This document shows, one piece after another, positions 61,738 to 64,000 of a DNA stretch of 64,000 nucleotides. Numbering within the stretch: the stretch's first letter is position 1; each line of letters opens with the position of its first letter. Under the pieces are notes generated by a model. That model had not been told where the DNA came from. It ran no database searches and worked only from the letters and a program-made list of their open reading frames with translations. The translations under genes were made by a program, and so were the position numbers. The DNA is from Patescibacteria group bacterium (GTDB taxonomy: Bacteria; Patescibacteriota; Patescibacteriia; Patescibacteriales; UBA12465): positions 350,284 to 414,283 of the forward strand of contig JBMNFV010000001.1 in NCBI GenBank assembly GCA_050949505.1, written 5' to 3'.

Positions 61738-62205
61738 ATGAGTGATATTTATCAACGCTTATTAAAAATAACTAGTAATCATTACCCAAGTGCTTACAAA
61801 ATATTGGCAAAGAATAAATCGGTGGCTAAGTTTATTGTTGCTGGGTCCTCAGCGGCCGCAGTTGACCTAATCTTTCTAGCAATTTTTCATGACCTGTTTA
61901 ACTGGTCAATAGTACTGTCCACTAGTCTGGCCTTCATTTTAGCCTTTGCAGTGAGTTTTCATTTACAAAAGTTTTGGACCTTTAGAAACAAGGATAAAAA
62001 AAAGATTCCTAAGCAATTAACAATTTACATGATTAATGCCTTGTTCACCCTTAACCTGAATGGGCTGTTTATGCACTTACTGGTAGACAGGCTAGGTGTC
62101 TGGTACCTGCTTTCACAAGTAATTGTTAATGTGACCATTGGGGTCTATAATTTCTTTGTTTATAAATATGTAGTCTTTAAAGATAAACATGAAACTAATA
62201 GTTAA
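61738..62205 (+). CDS. GtrA-family membrane protein
   Basis: FIVAGSSAAAVDL..., four TM helices, FxxxKxWxF (LQKFWTFRN) typical of the GtrA family. Confidence 0.8.
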   Translation: MSDIYQRLLKITSNHYPSAYKILAKNKSVAKFIVAGSSAAAVDLIFLAIFHDLFNWSIVLSTSLAFILAFAVSFHLQKFWTFRNKDKKKIPKQLTIYMINALFTLNLNGLFMHLLVDRLGVWYLLSQVIVNVTIGVYNFFVYKYVVFKDKHETNS

Positions 62206-62509
62206 AAGAGACCAATTAGAATTTCCTCCAGAGATGTGGCTACGCCGAGCAGGCTATGCTTTTTTGCCAGGACGAGGAGATAGTCAGCCTAGTTTTGCTA
62301 GGCGCCTAACCCGTGACTTCTATCCCCGCTACCATATCTATTTCACCACCCAGCTTAGTCAGACAGGCGAGGAGTTAGTTATCTTCAATCTACACCTTGA
62401 TCAAAAGCGCCCTGGTTATGCAGGCTACAATCGTCATAATGCGGAATATGAGGGGGAGGCAGTGGAGCGAGAGCTAGAGCGCTTAAAGACTTTTTTAAAA
62501 ATTAATTAA
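62189..62509 (+). CDS. hypothetical protein (106 aa)
   Basis: ORF overlapping the gtrA end by 17 nt and ending 14 nt before dnaG. Conserved-looking YPRYHIYF and HLDQKRP segments; family not recognised. Confidence 0.5.
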   Translation: MKLIVKRDQLEFPPEMWLRRAGYAFLPGRGDSQPSFARRLTRDFYPRYHIYFTTQLSQTGEELVIFNLHLDQKRPGYAGYNRHNAEYEGEAVERELERLKTFLKIN

Positions 62510-62523
62510 TCAGACAACTAGCC

Positions 62524-64000
62524 ATGAGCCAAGTAGAGGACATAAAATCTAAATTGGACATAGTGGAGGTAATTAGAGAATATTTGCCGGTAAAGGCCGT
62601 GGGGGTTAATTTTCAAGCCCTCTGTCCCTTTCACAACGAAAAGACCCCATCCTTTGTTATTTCCCCCGATAAGCAAATTTGGCACTGTTTTGGTTGTGGG
62701 CGTGGGGGAGATGTCTTTTCTTTTGTGATGGAAAAAGAAGGCCTAAGTTTTCCTGAGGCACTTCGCTTGTTGGCGACTAAGGCGGGAGTGGAGTTGCGTT
62801 ATGAAAATAGAAAGCAGACCAGTCAGCGCAATCGCTGGCGAGACATTCTAGAGCTAAGTGGTAAATATTATGCTCATATTCTCAGCACTAAGTCAGGAGA
62901 AGCGGCTAGAGAGTATTTAGCTAAAAGGCGCCTAAGTGAGGCGACGATTAAAGATTGGCAACTTGGCTATAGTTTAGACTCTTGGGAGGCGCTATTAAAG
63001 TTTTTAACCGCCCGACCTTTAACGGGAACTAAGTATACTGAGGCAGAAATATTGGCGACTGGCCTAATCATCCATCGGACTGATCAGTCTCCGAGCCGAT
63101 ACTATGATCGCTTTCGGGCGAGAATTATGTTTCCAATTAGGGACCATAATAATAATTTAGTGGGCTTTACCGCTCGCTTAAGTCCTGAGCAAGAAGCCAA
63201 TGATCGGGTGGGTAAATATATCAATAGTCCGCAAACTGAATTATATGATAAAAGCAAGATATTATTTGGCCTTAACAAAGCTAAGGGAGCAATCAAAAAA
63301 GAAGACTTGGCGATAGTCGTGGAGGGACAAATGGATGTTATCTCCTGCCACCAGCATGGTTTTGAGAATGTGGTGGCCTCTTCAGGAACAGCCTTAAGCA
63401 GTGATCAAGTTAAACTGCTTAAGCGCTATACTAACAATATCGCCCTTGCCTTTGATATGGACCAAGCTGGCCAGCTGGCCGTAGACCGGGGGATAAAGGA
63501 GGTGTTAGCTCAAGGACTTAGTCTTAAGGTAATCACTCTTCCAGACGGCAAAGATCCAGATGAGATACTACAACATGACCCCGCGGACTTTAAAGCAGCC
63601 ATCGCTTCAGCCCAGTTAATGTTAGACTACTATTTCACTAAAATTAGCCAAGGACTAGATTTAAATTTGTTGGATAATAAGCTGAAGATTAGAGATCTGA
63701 TGTTTGCGATGATTAGCTTGGTTCCTAGTCAAACTGAGCAAGGCTATTGGCTAAAAAAGTTAAGTGAGGAATTAGATTTTGCAGAAACAGATTTACGAGC
63801 GGAATTTAAGACTCGGTCAGTTGCCCCTCGTTCTGAGCAGGAAGAAGGGCAGAGGGAAGAAGCTAGCCCTAAGGTGTATTCTCGGGAACAACGCTTATCA
63901 GAGTCGCTGTTGGCCCTAGTCTTAAGATTCCCAGAGATTTTCAGTTACGCCATTGATAATTTAGCAGCCGAGCAGCTGTCAGGCAAAATTAATCAAGACT
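62524..64000 (+). CDS. dnaG: DNA primase, 3' end outside window
   Basis: Not in the ORF track because no stop lies within the window. ATG 62524; CPFHNEKTPSF...WHCFGCGRGGD zinc finger, RNA-polymerase domain, TOPRIM (VVEGQMDVI, FDMDQAG). The frame is open to base 64000. Confidence 0.92.
   Translation, partial: MSQVEDIKSKLDIVEVIREYLPVKAVGVNFQALCPFHNEKTPSFVISPDKQIWHCFGCGRGGDVFSFVMEKEGLSFPEALRLLATKAGVELRYENRKQTSQRNRWRDILELSGKYYAHILSTKSGEAAREYLAKRRLSEATIKDWQLGYSLDSWEALLKFLTARPLTGTKYTEAEILATGLIIHRTDQSPSRYYDRFRARIMFPIRDHNNNLVGFTARLSPEQEANDRVGKYINSPQTELYDKSKILFGLNKAKGAIKKEDLAIVVEGQMDVISCHQHGFENVVASSGTALSSDQVKLLKRYTNNIALAFDMDQAGQLAVDRGIKEVLAQGLSLKVITLPDGKDPDEILQHDPADFKAAIASAQLMLDYYFTKISQGLDLNLLDNKLKIRDLMFAMISLVPSQTEQGYWLKKLSEELDFAETDLRAEFKTRSVAPRSEQEEGQREEASPKVYSREQRLSESLLALVLRFPEIFSYAIDNLAAEQLSGKINQD

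Noticed and set aside
3398-63296. About thirty 60-140-aa ORFs in the supplied track that lie antisense to, or out of frame within, well-supported genes. Examples: 3398-3610, 3872-4111, 13909-14260, 17900-18196, 22962-23153, 27724-28718, 32376-32588, 38682-38888, 39878-40129, 42535-42732, 44706-45175, 46924-47109, 48267-48831, 49425-49727, 52063-52308, 53064-53816, 57075-57287.
   Set aside because: Each is fully embedded in a CDS with strong family motifs. Their products are low-complexity (S/L/R/F-rich) mirror translations with no start context or motifs. They are best explained as stop-codon-poor antisense frames.
63102-63296. 64-aa minus-strand ORF near the window end.
   Set aside because: It lies inside the dnaG reading frame (62524 to the window end), which carries the primase zinc-finger and TOPRIM motifs.
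1-64000. CRISPR arrays, transposases, integrases, phage genes and long direct or inverted terminal repeats.
   Set aside because: No regularly spaced repeats and no recombinase-like ORFs were seen anywhere. The only compositionally foreign segment (36.6-38.2 kb) has no flanking direct repeats that I could find, so it is not called a mobile element.

Overview
Gene-dense chromosomal segment, almost entirely coded on the plus strand, from a small-genome bacterium. Several traits suggest a Candidate Phyla Radiation / Patescibacteria-type organism (inference): no L30 gene between rpsE and rplO, charged low-complexity tails on many ribosomal proteins, minimal aminoacyl-tRNA synthetase architectures, A/T-only start-codon contexts instead of Shine-Dalgarno sites, and pilin-like plus ComEC genes. 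The standard genetic code is in use: TGA acts as a stop and RF2 is present. Gene order: pilin-like fragment; small acidic ORF-ileS-ruvA-proS-mreB-mreC-mreD; PfkB kinase-cupin-HIT-rfbB; stand-alone receiver domain and a second mreB; GT4 glycosyltransferase; S8 protease with FG-GAP repeats; UXS-like dehydratase. A 5-gene minus-strand glycosylation operon (16.7-21.0 kb) is headed by a catalytically degenerate GspE/PilB-like ATPase homologue. Then come mraY-ftsW-murG-murC-murB; alaS; a displaced infA-rpmJ-rpsM-rpsK-rpoA-rplQ-rplM-rpsI block; prfB; comEC; rpmB (minus); and an M50 protease. An AT-rich two-gene insertion of unknown function follows (36.6-38.2 kb). After it lie the str-S10-spc ribosomal operons (rpsL through secY, 38.4-54.4 kb); a very basic small ORF-map-ruvX-recO; aspS; a membrane/pilin-like fusion; scpA-scpB; a D-Ala-D-Ala carboxypeptidase; gtrA; a small ORF; and dnaG, which runs off the window. 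I found no rRNA, tRNA, CRISPR array, transposase or integrase. The best candidate for an undescribed system is the 36.6-38.2 kb insertion: a 398-aa protein with a PD-(D/E)xK-like nuclease signature plus a 129-aa partner. Secondary candidates are the degenerate secretion-ATPase homologue, a structured 200-nt spacer inside the S10 operon, recurrent hairpin+U-tract elements abutting start codons, a highly basic ORF where adk normally sits, and an RNA polymerase alpha subunit lacking its C-terminal domain. All functional calls rest on reading the supplied translations for family motifs; no database search was possible.
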